From the human T2T-CHM13v2.0 reference genome, Homo sapiens, in the NCBI RefSeq assembly GCF_009914755.1, contig NC_060931.1: a stretch of 64,000 nt of DNA, one strand, 5' to 3'. The translations under genes were made by a program, and so were the position numbers. Below, piece by piece: positions 41,200-54,379 of the stretch (position 1 is the first letter of the stretch; every line of letters starts with the position of its first letter). Below the pieces are notes generated by a model. The model saw only the letters and a list, made by a program, of their open reading frames with translations. It ran no database searches and was not told the origin of the DNA.

Positions 41200-43799
41200 T
41201 TTGGTAAAAGGTTATAAGAAGGCATGGAAATGTAAACTTTGGCCTAGGGTTAAAGGATTGTTTTGAGTTAGATAGGAAAAGCTGAAGGTTCAAAGAAGTG
41301 GTGGAAGAATTGTGGAAATTAATCTTGCAGAAGAGGTTCCCTGTGTGAACATATTGACTAAATTCAAAAAATGATATTATTACATTGTTTTTCTGTAAGT
41401 TGAGCATTGAAACAAAAGGACGACAAGGTTTTCCTAAGGCGCTAGTCTGCTCTTTGGCAAAATTTGTAAAGGGTTATAAAAGGTTTTTGCTTCTTTAAAA
41501 TTTCTGAGTAATCATTTTGGCACAATAAATAACTCATGGTATTCTGGAATTCTATTTCATAATATCAAGTGTTTTGAACCTTGAACATTTAACAGCCTTC
41601 CCCAAATCACACTTTAGTTTCAAAATTGTCTTCCTTGGCACCTGGCTTTTTGAATGCTTCAGAGGGCCTCTGAAGTGTCCAGGAAAGAGAGGTAAACAGG
41701 ATTATTTGACATGTTTAGGTACATGGGAATGCCAAAATGATGCTCAGTCTTCTTTAAGTTATATCTCGGTGAATAATTCTAATATATGTTCCCAAATTGT
41801 ATGGGATTTCTAAATTTCTAATGTCTGAGTATATGCTGTCAATCGTAATTAAGGTAGTTATGTTAAGTTATTGAAACCACGGAGATAACCAAACTTCTTT
41901 GTCAATTGTGTTTCTAACTGTAACTAAACTGGACATTTTGCATTCACAGACAATTGTCTTGTTTTAATCCTTTTCAAAGATGGTCTATAATGAGCTATAG
42001 AACTTTAAAATGTGCTCTCAAATGCAGGCTTCTGATAACTTTAGAGATTGTAACATTGGAATAAAGGAAAATGTACAGGACTCATGAAGAGCTGAAATGT
42101 TTATGAATATCAAGCAAAACAAGAGTTAACTAAATGGACTGAACTCAGGAAGCTGAAGCAATCTTTTTAACCTTTGCTTGGAATATTGCAGATCCTTGTT
42201 TTGTTTTTCACAGTTAAGGAAAGTTATTTTGGGCTATTTATGGCTTTTAATTATTAGGCAAGGTATACTCCTATGATCAAAATTTGGAGCATGTTTGTTT
42301 CTCTCTGGCTGGTTCCTCTAAGAATTTGGAAACTATCTGTGAGCATTCTTAACTTACGGCAATATAGGTGTTTGCATCAGTGCAGTAAGAATCCATTTTG
42401 CTTTTGCAACAGGACGTGATTGGAGAAAATGGTTATTTTACCAAGGCTTTGATTGGAAGGGTATGTTTCCTTTTAAGGAGTCAATCTTAACTTGCAGAGC
42501 CAATAAAAGCCCCGTGGGGAAACTGGCCTCATACCCTTGTCTTTGCAGTCCCTGTACAGGGTTCCTGGCTTGTGGTCAGTAAAGAATGTCACTTTCTAAC
42601 AGGTCTAGGAGCTCCCAGTTTATCTTGGGACTTTAAGAGGAAAGGATTACCCAACTCACAGGTGCCTGAGAATACAAACTCATGGTTGGGCTTGGCTTTA
42701 AAAGGTCTTATCGGAGATTCCTTGTGGAACAAACTTCCATCAAAGCCAATCCAAAAGGCCTATGTAGAAACAATTATTCTTGCTGCACTTTATGCAAATA
42801 ATCAGGCCAAGAATAAGACTATAAAGCCTGTTTTGCAAACCATTAAGTCCTATGATGATTTTTTTTTTAACACAAATGAGGACTGGAGAGAGATCATGTT
42901 TTAAAACTTATACATTTGTCATTAAATTCTAAACTCATTAGTTTTTAAGTTTTTGCCTACATTTTAGAGTAACCCTACTTGTTCCTGGGAACCAACCAGC
43001 AATCTTCAGCTGCAGCTCAGAAAGAACAAGAGGGGTGGGTAATGTAGAAATCTGGATCAATATTCTAGTTCCGAGCAATTATCCTGCAAATCCTGCCAGG
43101 TGAGGGAATAAATAGGGTGCCCATCACCTGGCAGTTTTCTTTTTGGGAAAGTAAAACCAAGGGAGCTAATTGAAGCCAAGCATCATGCACCCTAATCCTG
43201 GCAAGCATAACTATAGCTGCCAGTTATATGGGTATGTCATGAGACATCCTTTCTCTTTCTTTTTGGAGGTGGACTCTGTTCCACAGTTTCACTTTAGCAT
43301 TCAGCTTATAATAAGGAGTCCATGCAACCCCCTGAGACACACTTTTGTCCCTGACTCAATTCCAAGCCTCAGGTCAGAGCCCTAGAAAAGAAAACTGGAT
43401 CTGAGGGATCCAGAGGCAGATGATAACGGAAGTTAAAAGGCACAGAGCAGGTGAGCATGGCCGATTCCTGCTGATTAAGCCAAGCCCAAGCTTCCTGTTT
43501 CATGGATAAAGGCCACGTTAATATCCCTGGCATAAATGGGGTTAGGGAACTCCCAGGCTACTGAAAGTAGGTTGGAAAGAGCCATAGGTGAGAGCAGATA
43601 ATTCCTATTCTCTAGGACCTCCCTGCTTCATGGGTGCAAGTTGCTTTGACACCCATGGCGGCACCTGCCAAGGTCACCGGGACTCAGGGATGCAAGGATG
43701 GAAGAGGGAATGAGGATGCTCTTCCTTCTCTCCCTCACATACCCCGAGTATCTGCGAGGAAGAGAAGGGAACCAGGGATGCCTGCTCCCCTCTTTCTAG

Positions 43800-43970
43800 A
43801 TGGGTAGCCATTCATCTTCAGTCTGCACTCCTTTCGAATGCATCTTGAACCCTTGGGACTCTTTTAAAAAAGAGTCGTCTTTTTTCTTTCTTCTCCTCGG
43901 TTCTCTCTTCACTAATAGGTAATTGCGACTCCATACTATGGGACACCCCCCTCAGCTGCATCCTCCAAAC
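43800..43970 (+). pseudogene. Two tandem gag matrix N-terminal remnants
   Basis: MGSHSSSVCTPFECILNPWDSF (ATG 43800) and IGNCDSILWDTPLSCILQ (43915) resemble class I ERV Gag starts (MG...PLxCIL..W). Confidence 0.55.
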
Positions 43971-44209
43971 TAGAAAGAGTTAATTTCCCAAACCTTAAAC
44001 TACTTGGCTTGGGATTGGATTCAGAGGAAGGGAGCTCAGAAGCCCAACATGCCTGCAAAAGGGTAAAGTATTTTTGCCAGTCAGGCTTGTCGCCTCCCCT
44101 TCCCTGTGCAAACTGGTAAAAGGCCTTGGAATTTTTTGAGCTGTCCTTACCCCTCCCCTTATTTTGTTTTGACACATGTTTTCTAATAACCTGGTTTGTC
44201 TGTTCTTGT

Positions 44210-44308
44210 CTTCAGGCCATCAGACTCCAAACAGTTATGCAACTGGAGCCTCCTGAGGATGACCCCTTCTGCCTGGGACCCTTAGATCAGCCTCTAGAGA
44301 AGCTTTGA
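44210..44308 (+). pseudogene. env cytoplasmic-tail remnant
   Basis: LQAIRLQTVMQLEP...GPLDQPL resembles the HERV-W/HERV9-type env C-terminus (KLQMVLQMEP...GPLDRP); lies just upstream of the PPT. Confidence 0.6.
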
Positions 44309-44391
44309 CTGCTGTTTCCCCAAAACAGCACCCCCTGCCATCAGGAAGCAGTTAAGATTGGCCTTCATCCTTATCCTTAATCTGCTTCTTT

Positions 44392-44402
44392 AGAGAGGGG
44401 AA
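44392..44402 (+). promoter_or_regulatory. Polypurine tract
   Basis: agagaggggaa directly before the 3' LTR TG. Confidence 0.85.
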
Positions 44403-44732
44403 TGAGACAGCCAGGTGGGAGGGGGTCCCTGGAGAAACCCCAACCAGCTGCCCACTGAGGTGGAGCCTTGGGGAGTTCATGCTGTTTGCAGCAGGGAGGA
44501 GCCTGGCCCCTCCTTTTCCTATGTGGAGCTTGGGATTCAAACTGCCAGGTGGGAAGTGCTCTAGCAGAGGGACTGTGACCTAGTAAGAGTCCCTGTTTTG
44601 CTCTTTTTTCCCTTTTCACCCCATAAAACTCTGCTTTATTCACCCTTTAAACCATCTGCCAGCCTAAATTTTTGTGGCTGTGGGATAGACAAGAACCCCG
44701 TCTTTAGCGGAACTAAGGAAAATCCTGGAACA
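44403..44732 (+). mobile_element. 3' LTR (MER61A-like)
   Basis: tgagacagccaggtggga...aaatcctggaaca followed by ctag; poly(A) signal reads CATAAA. Confidence 0.9.
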
Positions 44733-44776
44733 CTAGCAGTGCCAACCTTTGGGGCATTTTGAAGACTATTGTATTC

Positions 44777-45051
44777 TTTTTCTGTTTGTTTTTGAAATGG
44801 AGTCTTGCTCCGTCTCCCAGGCTGGAGTGCAGTGCACTGCTACCTCTGCCTCCCAGGTTCAAGCAATTCTCCTGCCTCAGCCTCCCAGGTAGGTGGGATT
44901 ACAGGCATGCGCTACCATGCCCAGCTAATTTTTGTATTTTTAGTAGAGATGGGGTTTCGCCATGTTGGCCAGGCTGGTCTTGAACTCCTGACCTCAGGTG
45001 ATCTACTCGCCTTGGCCTCCCAAAGTCCTAGGATTACAGGCGTGAGCTGCC
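44777..45051 (-). mobile_element. AluS with small internal deletion
   Basis: Alu body; TSD attgt(a/g)ttcttt. Confidence 0.93.
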
Positions 45052-45405
45052 AATTGTGTTCTTTATCATACTTCCTGGGATTCATAAATGAAGCACTAGC
45101 CTTCAATCTTGAAGGAAACAAAATAGGGGGTCCTGGTCAGAGTCCTGATGTCCGTGGAACCTCATGATCTGCCCTAATAACACATCTTTTGATGTGTTTC
45201 TGGCTTTAACCTAAGATTTAGGCGTTTGATGAAGGGATGGGATTCGAGAATGTGCAGATCTCATCAACGTCAATAAGTCTGTCTTGTTTTAAGCCCTGTT
45301 GTATACGTGTCAGTTTGCCCCACAAGAACAGTTACTGAATGCCACAGTTTCAAAACAATGCTCTAGTCATAAGTTTAAGAACTCAGCAAACAAAATTAAT
45401 CAGAC

Positions 45406-45710
45406 CTTTTTTCTTTCCCTCCCTCCCTCCCTCCCTTCGTTCCTTCCTTCCTTCCTTCCTTCCTTCCTTCGTTCCTTCCTTCCTTCCTTCCTTCCTTCGT
45501 TCCTTCCTTCCTTCCTTCCTTCCTTCCTTCCTTCCTTCCTTCCTTCCTTCCTTCCTTCCTTCCTTCCTTCGTTCCTTCCTTCCTTCCTTCCTTCCTTCGT
45601 TCCTTCCTTCCTTCCTTCCTTCCTTCCTTCCTTCCTTCCCTCCTTCTTTCCTTCCCTCCCTCCTTCCCTCCTTCCCTCCTTCCCTCCTTCCCCTCTTCCC
45701 CTTTCCCTGT
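45406..45710. repeat. (CCTT)n/(CCCT)n polypyrimidine tract
   Basis: ~300 bp of ttcc units with five ttcg variants, CCCT-rich flanks. Confidence 0.97.
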
Positions 45711-45729
45711 CTTCTGATGTCAGAGACTG

Positions 45730-46003
45730 GCTACCTGTCTTCCTGGCTTCCTTTGTAGTGAGGGGTAGCCATGTGGCTGAATTCTGGCCAAAGCCTTTCA
45801 GGCCCATTTCTCCTCCCTCCTCCCTGCCAGCTGGATGCAGAGGACTCCAAGATTCATGGGAGGATGGAGACCTATTTTGATAGAGCTTGGGTCCCTGAAT
45901 GATTATGGGCTTTTGGCCTGAGTGAGAAGTGAACATATATTATATTAAGCCTTTGATTTTTGTGATTTATTTTCAATAGCATCTAGCATTAACTTAATGA
46001 ATA
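45730..46003 (+). mobile_element. Old MaLR LTR (MLT1I/J-like)
   Basis: gtagccatgtggctgaattctggcc...gcttgggtccctgaatga...attaagcctttgatttt. Confidence 0.5.
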
Positions 46004-46029
46004 AACATCCTCAATTTCTGTTGAATTTA

Positions 46030-46445
46030 AAATTTGAAAAATAGGCAATATAGTCACATTGTTCAAAAATCAAAACAATATAAAAGCCACACATTGACAC
46101 TCTCACTTCCACTCTATTCTGTCCACCGTGCTCCATGCTCTCGTTTCCCAGCCCTATGGTGAACTACTTTAACAGTTTCTTGGATCTCTTTCCAATGTTT
46201 GTTTATGTATATAATACAAAAAGTACATGTCAATGATGTATATGAATATGTTCTTTTCTTCCCTTCATAGCTCAAAGGTAGCATACTATTCAGACTGTTT
46301 TGTATTTTGCTTCTTTTGCATGACAAAATCTCCTGATGACCTTTCCATTGTGGTGTATAAAAGACTTCTCACTCTTTCATAGTTGCATAGTATTTCATTG
46401 GGTAAAGCATAGATTATTTACTAGTCATCTATTGATGGACATTTG
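46030..46445 (-). mobile_element. L1ME fragment
   Basis: catagttgcatagtatttcattg...tctattgatggacattt. Confidence 0.6.
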
Positions 46446-46920
46446 TCAACCCATCTCCTTGAAAGTAGTTATGTAATTGGAATAAATCAGTTTCAGTTTA
46501 GGATTTAAGCCCAGGCCTAGTTGACTGCAGATCCTAGGCACTACCCCACCTTCTTTAGGAAGAGACAGGCACTTGGAAGAGTCTTTTCCTTATTCACAAA
46601 AGGCAACAATATAAGGCATGAAGTGGGAGTCAGCTAACCAAAATAAAGTGAGGGTGAGGTTGAGTGGACTTGCCCTTATCACACCAGATGGCAGGAGAAA
46701 GACACGACCACCTCTTTCAGCTGTCTCCACATAGTATCTGTGTCAACAGAGCACTACAATTGTATTTGTACTCCAAGGCCCTGTTTATCCTGTCTCTAGT
46801 GAAACACCACTTTTGAGACCATCACTAATTTACATGTCAGAACCAACTCTTTCAGCCTCTATCCCTCACTGGCGAAGAAACAAACAGTCTACTGATTTTA
46901 TTGCCAATTTAAGAATTTAC

Positions 46921-47313
<393 letters not shown>

Positions 47314-48069
47314 CTATATCTTCCAGAATCAAAGTCAAGGAGCCACTGTTGAGTGTCCTAAACCCTAAAGGCCAGAAACAAATCTTACAGGTTCTTTCTT
47401 CACAATGTTCCTCACATGGCGGAGGAGGAGGCATGATTTGAACATAGCTTTGTGTGATTCCAAGTGCTGAGTGCTAAATGCTCTTCTATGCGGTATAAAT
47501 TAGTTATTGCAGATGGTTTAGCACATAGACACTGTTCCCACACCAGTGTTCCCACCATTCTCACAAATAACAAAACACACTGAGAACACATTAAGGCATC
47601 CATCCTGGAAAAGATTAGGAATTGTGTAGTCCGGTGGAATCCTAGATCTTTCGACAATAAAAGATCCCTAGAGATGAACTTGTCTCACAGGCTGCTTTCA
47701 CAAATGAAGAGACAGTATCAAAGAGGCTGGGCCTTGGTCAAGAGTGACACAGATGAGCAATGGGATTTTAGCCTTCTGATGTCCCTTGCATTTTTGATTA
47801 TGTTTCAAGCCTCACTTTCAAAAGTTTGTATTATTAGCCATGCTTTTAACTGCTCTTAATTTAAAACTTTATTAATAGGCTGTTGTTGACCTGCATAAGT
47901 AGTCCTTAGTTTAATTTAGGCTAAAAGAAATCATTCATCACTGTAAAACCATTGACCTTTGCAGCTGTGAGTACTGCAGGTTCCTGTGTTGTTTTGAAAG
48001 CAGTGCTGAGCTTCGTGAGTAGGGGTAAGGGAAGGCCGGCTCCCTAGGCTGAGATGTGGAGAATGACTG

Positions 48070-48488
48070 TGTATTAGGCCATTCTCAAATTGCTGCAAAG
48101 AAATGCCTAAGACTGGGTAATTTATAAGAAAAGAGGTTTAATTGGCTCACAGTTCTACAGGCTGTACAAGAAGCATAGTGCCAGAATCTACTTCTGGGAA
48201 GGCCTCAGGAAGCTTTAACTCATGGAGGAAGGTGAAGCAGGAGCAGGCACTTCACATGGCAAAAGCAGGAGTGAGAGAGTGTGGGCAGGAGGTGCTACAC
48301 ACTTTTAAATGACCAGATCTCATGTGAACTCAGATTGAGAGATCACTTATCACTGAGGGGATGGCCCAAGACATTCATGAGGGATCTGCCCCCAGGATCC
48401 AAACACCTCCCCCCAGGCCCATCTCCAGCTTTGGGAGATTACATTTCAACATGAGATTTGGGTGGGGACAAATATCTAAACTCTATCA
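48070..48488 (-). mobile_element. MSTA-like MaLR solo LTR
   Basis: tgtattaggccattctc...aaatatctaaactctatca; perfect 5-bp TSD gactg. Confidence 0.92.
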
Positions 48489-49899
48489 GACTGCATATGC
48501 TTTGAGCATGCCAGTCCTCTTCCTACTGTTTCCCCTGAGCATCTAGAATATTGCTGATCCCAAAGCTTCTTTGTCAATGTTGCAGGGCACATGAGTGCAT
48601 CCCCAAGAAAACAACATAGATAAAGACAACCATTTTTCGTTATCCTTTGATGCTCAGCCAGATTTTTCCACCCCGGTGTAAATTTAATACCCTACTCACA
48701 GGGTTGACCTATACAGACTTAATCCATGACCTGTCAGAAAGCTTGTTCAACTTGTATTGTCACAAATTATGACTTAAAGAAATGCAGTGCCAGAGTAAAA
48801 ATTGTTGGGCTGCTCCATCCTTAGGAGAAGAGGGGAGTGGGGAAGGCAGATCCATGTGTAGTCCCCTACTTTGTAGGTTCAGACTCAGTTTCACCCATTA
48901 TCCTTGGGACCATTGGGCATTAAGCATAATTGGTTCAAGATAAACAAAGGTGGTGATGCTGATTTTCTCTGTTGAAGGATGTACCCCCATCCTCCCAAAC
49001 AGGGAGGATGAAACAGGATTCTTACCCATCTCTGACCACCTGAGCCCACACTAGAATAATCATTGTATTTCATCCCCTTGGCATTTCTCACAAATGAGCA
49101 TATAATCCAAATCTGAACAATAGGAAGTATTCTTTAAGATTTCCTTTGTTGGAATGAGCAAAATCACTTTTTTTCCATCTTCCTTGTGAGCTATAAACTA
49201 TGACCTCAGAGCTGCCAGCATCTTTCCACACATAGAAAAGCCCCAAACAATGACAAGAACAGAATGTGGAGTGCTAGGTTCCCTAGCCTGCAGGCCTCAA
49301 AGCAGCCCTGGTTCCTGATATTCCTCCTTTGCAAGCCAAACTGATCATTTTCCAGACAACCTCTTTGCTTAGCGTAGGTTGGGTTCATGTAAAATAAAGA
49401 GTGCTGGCTATGCACTGTATTCCCAAGAGTTTGTTTTATAAACTAGGCTGTCAATTTTAAAAATTTATGCTAAGAAATAACTGCCAAGAAGATTGGGGTT
49501 TTACTGTAGGCTGGGTAGCTCATTCTCTTCCCTAGAGGACAGCCTATGTGGGAAACCAAATAATGATGAAAAGATTGCTTCGCAAGTGCAATGTCGGGAT
49601 AAAAGGAGTCGGACAATCTCAAGGGGGCACTTTTGACAATCTGTGGCGCTTTGGGGACATAATGCCTGCTAAGGAGGGCAGAACAATTCTGCCAACTAAA
49701 CAAGGCCCTGCTCCCTTGCGTAGTTCTTAGAGGCACACTGACAGTTCTTCTTTCCAACTTTCCTCTTTAATATTTCTTATCAATCACCAAATGATGTATA
49801 CCTCTGGGACTTTGCCCATTGCCATCACCATCCTCCCCCAACCCAAAGCCTCTCACTGCCACCCACCCCTTTTCTCTTCTCTGATTGTAGAAATTCATC

Positions 49900-50170
49900 T
49901 TCTTGAATCTGACAGCCCACACCAACTCTTCTGCGAGGCATTCCTGTTTCTGCCCAAATCAGACTTTAATCCCACCCTCTCCTGTGCTTCCCTTTCGGAG
50001 CAAATTGTGCCCATTTTGCAGTGTTGCAAGCTGTGGCTGTGTTATGTCTTCTAGAATATGAGTTCTTTGAGGACAGGGATAATGAGTTCAATCTTACCCA
50101 TTCTTTGTGACCCCCAGTTTCTAATGTAATTCATTGCAAATAGTAGATGCACAAAATACATGTTGGGTGT
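49900..50170 (+). mobile_element. L2 3' end
   Basis: ctagaatatgagttctttgaggacagggat...atagtagatgcacaaaatacatgttg. Confidence 0.55.
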
Positions 50171-50587
50171 TGCATATGGTAACATTAATTAGTGAAGTTT
50201 ATTATTTGTTTCATTCATTACAGAGAATTGGGTTGCCCAGGACTTTTTGAGTAACAAGGGACAGAAAATCAAACTAACTTGAAAGAGTTTGGGGTGAAGA
50301 CCTCAGAAGCAGGCTTGAGCAACCCAATGACAGGAAGGGCAGGGACATGGCTGAGGCTGGAGGACAGCTGGTCCCAGGATTGTGGACATGCTGAGACTTT
50401 CTGTCTTTTGTCTCTGTATTGCTCTCCAGTACCAAGGCAGACTGTCTTCCTCCTCACACGGGGGAATGTGGATGCTGACAGGCTTAGAGCTTCACATCTC
50501 ATAATGTTTGCTACCCACAGGAACTGAAAAATTCCCCAGCTTGAGATGAGAAATTCCTGTAGGATTAGAGGGGATATGAGGTAGATT

Positions 50588-51046
50588 GTGGCATTGGCCC
50601 CAAATCTTTATTTCTCCCTGAATCTTTATTCTTTGATTTTCACTGTGTAAGTTCTCCCCAGAAGATAGGCTACATTTCCCACCTCTTGACTTCATGTTTG
50701 GATGAAGTGGAGATAGCAGAGTGTCCGGCCTCAAAGGCCTCTTCTGCTTCTGCCTTGCTTTTGTTCTTTGGCTATTTCATGAGAAGGACATGCCCAGGCC
50801 AGCTCTCAGGTCCCAGGATGGGATAAGAGGCATGTGGAGCAGAGCCACCCAGCTTGGTCCAGGCTGCAGATGCTGACCCCCAGCTCACCCTAATTGCATG
50901 AGCGAGCTCAGCCAAGATCATCAGAGCTGCACAGCTGAGCCCAGCTGCCACTCATGTGACACCCAGACCAGGGAAAATAAATGATTGTTGTTTTTAGCCG
51001 CTGAGTTGTAAACCTAGAATTTTTGAGGCAATAGTTAATTGATACA
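50588..51046 (+). mobile_element. MLT1H-like LTR
   Basis: catgagaaggacatgcccaggccagc...aataaatgattgttgtttttagccgctgagtt...gcaatagttaattgataca. Confidence 0.7.
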
Positions 51047-51054
51047 AACTAAGT

Positions 51055-51225
51055 CTCAGGTTTGTGACTTCCTAGCTACCTGACCTTGGGGGAGGTACCT
51101 ACCCATCTGTATTTCTCTCTCTACCTCTGTAAAATGGGGACGGTAACAGCATAGAATTGTTGTGAGAATAAAAGTTGTTAAATATACAATGTCTGGCACA
51201 TAAAAACACGAGTATATTTTAGTTA
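51055..51225 (+). mobile_element. MIR SINE
   Basis: tgaccttggggg...ctctgtaaaatggggacggtaacag...tgtctggcacata. Confidence 0.7.
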
Positions 51226-51599
51226 TGATGGTGATGATGATGATTACTCTTTCACATGCCCACTCACAAACAGTTGTTGCTAGGGAGGTGGGCGGGGTCC
51301 TAGGAAGTGACCTTGCTCGGGGAGGTGTTCATCCCTGGACGAATCCAGTGAGGACAGAGGAGTGGAGGGTCTGTAAAGACATTGCGGCTGGTTGGATGTG
51401 GTGGAAGAAATATTCCCCAGAAGACATGAGTGCTGATGCTAAATTAAGATGAGAGGAAGTTTGGGCAGACAAAACAAAAAAAGGTGCACTTCGAACATTT
51501 TAGTTATTTCTAAAATCATAGTTTCATTGGAAACTCTGGATCGCAACAAATGACTTCAGACACATAACATAGAGCAAGGAGCATGAGTGCATCCCATCT

Positions 51600-51760
51600 C
51601 CTCTGTTTACTAGGCATTTAATCTTAGGGAAGCTTGAATGAAAATAATAATTCCCATCTCCCAATGTGGTGTTAGGAATTAAATGAGATAATGTATGTAA
51701 AACAAGTGGGCTAGTCCATGACGTATAGCAGGCACTCAGTAAGTGGTAGCTGTTGTTGTG
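51600..51760 (+). mobile_element. MIR SINE
   Basis: gttaggaattaaatgagataatgtatgtaaa...gcaggcactcagtaagtggtagc. Confidence 0.65.
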
Positions 51761-54379
51761 GCTGGTATCCTTGACCCCTCTGTGATGGGCTATTTCTCAT
51801 TAGCTTCCACTGAAGGAGGGGAGCCTTCATGACCTTGCCTCTTGCATTTCTGGAGTTCCCTCCACTGACTGCAGCCTAAAGCACATGCTGTTAAAGTCAT
51901 GTTTGTGAAGTCTGAACGTGAGCAAGGTGCATCAATTCTAGCGCAATTAATGTTGAACATGTCCATGCCTCTAGTTTTTCAAAGGTGGCAGCCTCAGAAG
52001 AAACCCTGTGATATCTGACCTGGAAATCCTTTTTGGTGCAGAATCTGAATTGCAAAGCTGTTATTAAAACCTGCAAATGATCAGCAGTGGTAAATGGGAG
52101 ACGTTAACTGCCTGTAACTCTCTTTGTCTCTCCTTGGCTGACACTCCTGACTGATGCTGGGAAAATGGCGAGCAGCTCGCTATGCTGGGCTGTAATTAGT
52201 GTATGCCTGGAAGTGCAGACCTTTTCATAAATAGAACTTTGTGGGGAATTGCTCATTATTCCCGTGATTTTAGGAAATAAAGAAAGACCCCAATTAGTTT
52301 TCAATCTCAAGAAAGAAAAAGAAGCAACAAGCAGTTTTCCTCTGGCAACAAAGAGAGAGAGAGAGAACCTGGTCATACCCAGGGTTATGTCTACAGGAAT
52401 CACAATCTGATGGAGTGGATTTTTCCCCTCTCATCCCCATGCATGGCAGCAAATAGACACAATCTCTATCTTGCCCAGAGAAAGATGAAGATGTGTCTTA
52501 ATAGGCTGGCATTTCTGAGCACTAAAAGCAATCACCCTTTGTCATAACATGTGCTGCCATCAGGAAACTGGGGAGAACAGTTGATAGTGTTTGAATGAAA
52601 AGCTTTACCTTGAAGAGGAGATGATCAAAGAAAGTGTTTGATGTCACTATGTGGAGTTAAACTGCCATTCATAATTGTAAATATATTGTTTGGATAAATT
52701 AAAAAGTTTTCATCATGGTAAGTGTATGTTTGAACATGGGGTGTGTTGTAGTACTGGCAGAGAGGTGGGAGGGTTGTAAGTGGAGCTCAGTGGGCTAGAA
52801 TGTTCTAATACATTGCTGAATTTCAGAAAAGTGGAATTGTGCACGATGGGTTGTTCTGGTGCTTGGCCACTAGTTCATCAGAGGCGACAGAAAGACATCA
52901 GCAGGCTCAGGCATCTCAGCATATCCACAGAAATGTCACTGCACTTGCTGTCCTTCAGAATAATTGGTTAATTCTCAGCCTGGGAAGGGGCTTCAGTGAA
53001 CTATGGAGATGCTGTGATCACACAGCACCAGTGGTCCCGGCACACAGGGGTTTATTCCAGTGGCTTTGCAGGGAGTACATGATCAATGGCTGTTTTTGAA
53101 AGATCTTGATTTGGGGTAAATTTACTTTCCCATCATGAATGCCATGCTATCAGAAAGACAAATTAATTTAACATGAGTGACTTAGTGCTCCCTTATGAAT
53201 TACTTTCCAATTGTTTTTAATAGCATCTCTTTATCTCTAGCACAAGAAAACACAGTTGACCTTTAACAGCCTCTTTTATAAATGAACCCAATTGCAGTTC
53301 AGCTTTCCCACTTTCAGATCTTTATCTCCTGGCACCTTGAATCCAAACTCATCTGGATGCAGGTCCAGCTGTCTCTCTAATGGTATCTATCCATTAATTA
53401 AACACTCTGTGCTTAACAGCTTGCACACCAGCAGCGTAAAGGATGAGAAGGCAGTTCTCCTTTAATCTACAAATATTTATTTTCTTTTGGGAGGATTGGT
53501 TGGGAGAAGATTAAGTGTACAGGAGGATGACCAGCTTATGGAGAATATGTATGTTTTGGTGGAAGTTTCCTGCCGAGTCACATCAGGTGCAGTTCGTAAA
53601 CAGGAAGGCTGGCTCCTATTCCCTGCAATCATAAATTATGAAATACCAGTTAAAACAAGCATCTGGACTGAGGAATGTGTCTTTGTCCTCTCAGTATTTT
53701 AATGAATGCATGTGAATGAGTTTACAGGGAAGAGTGAATATAACTCAAATGGAATTGGACTCTGATATTTATGGGCTCCTGTCTGCACAGGAGCCGGGTC
53801 ATGGCTTGTATATTCTTATCTTGCCACAGAGCATTATGGGGGAATCCTTAGTCCATTTACCTTTTTCTGTGTTTCTCAGATTCATTCATCACTGAATTGT
53901 ATAAAAACTTCCCTGGAATAGCAAAATAACAAGTTGAAAGTTAGGCACAGCGTTAGCTTTTTAAAAATATAATTTTTAAATACAGAAGGAGTATACGAGT
54001 GTGGTAGAATATTAGAAAACACAGAAAAGTAAAACTAGCAGAATAAATAGACTATATTGCAAATGCCTAAAGACTGAACAGTAGATACATCTTCCCAGAT
54101 AACTTTTTATGTCTTTGGGATATATATATGTATATAATGTTGGGGGTAATCTGCTTCTTTAGTTAATAATGTCTATTTTTCAATTCAGTATTATTTTATC
54201 TCATCAAACACCAGAGTATATTCACATTTTTATAATTGTCTCAAAAATGTTCCTTATTGCATTTAATTGTTATACCTCTAAGATCTCTTTCAGTCTGCTG
54301 TGGTACATTGTTTCATGCACTAACGTGTCAGAAAGAATGGACCAGTCATCCAGGAGGGTGACTAAATTAAACTAAGCTC

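Larger units (their letters stand above)
38863..44732 (+). mobile_element. ERV1 provirus, MER61-like (two LTRs plus non-coding MER4-group internal region)
   Basis: Two ~330-bp direct repeats (roughly 85% identical by eye), 4-bp TSD CTAG (38859-38862, 44733-44736), PBS and PPT present. Confidence 0.92.

Noticed and set aside
45299-45936. Longest ORFs (139-193 aa) on both strands
   Set aside because: They are translations of the (CCTT)n tract (PSFL / KEGR repeats), which cannot contain stops.
51955-51964. p53 half-site GAACATGTCC, and p53 sites known in some MER61 subfamilies
   Set aside because: Only one half-site here, and I see no paired RRRCWWGYYY in either LTR.
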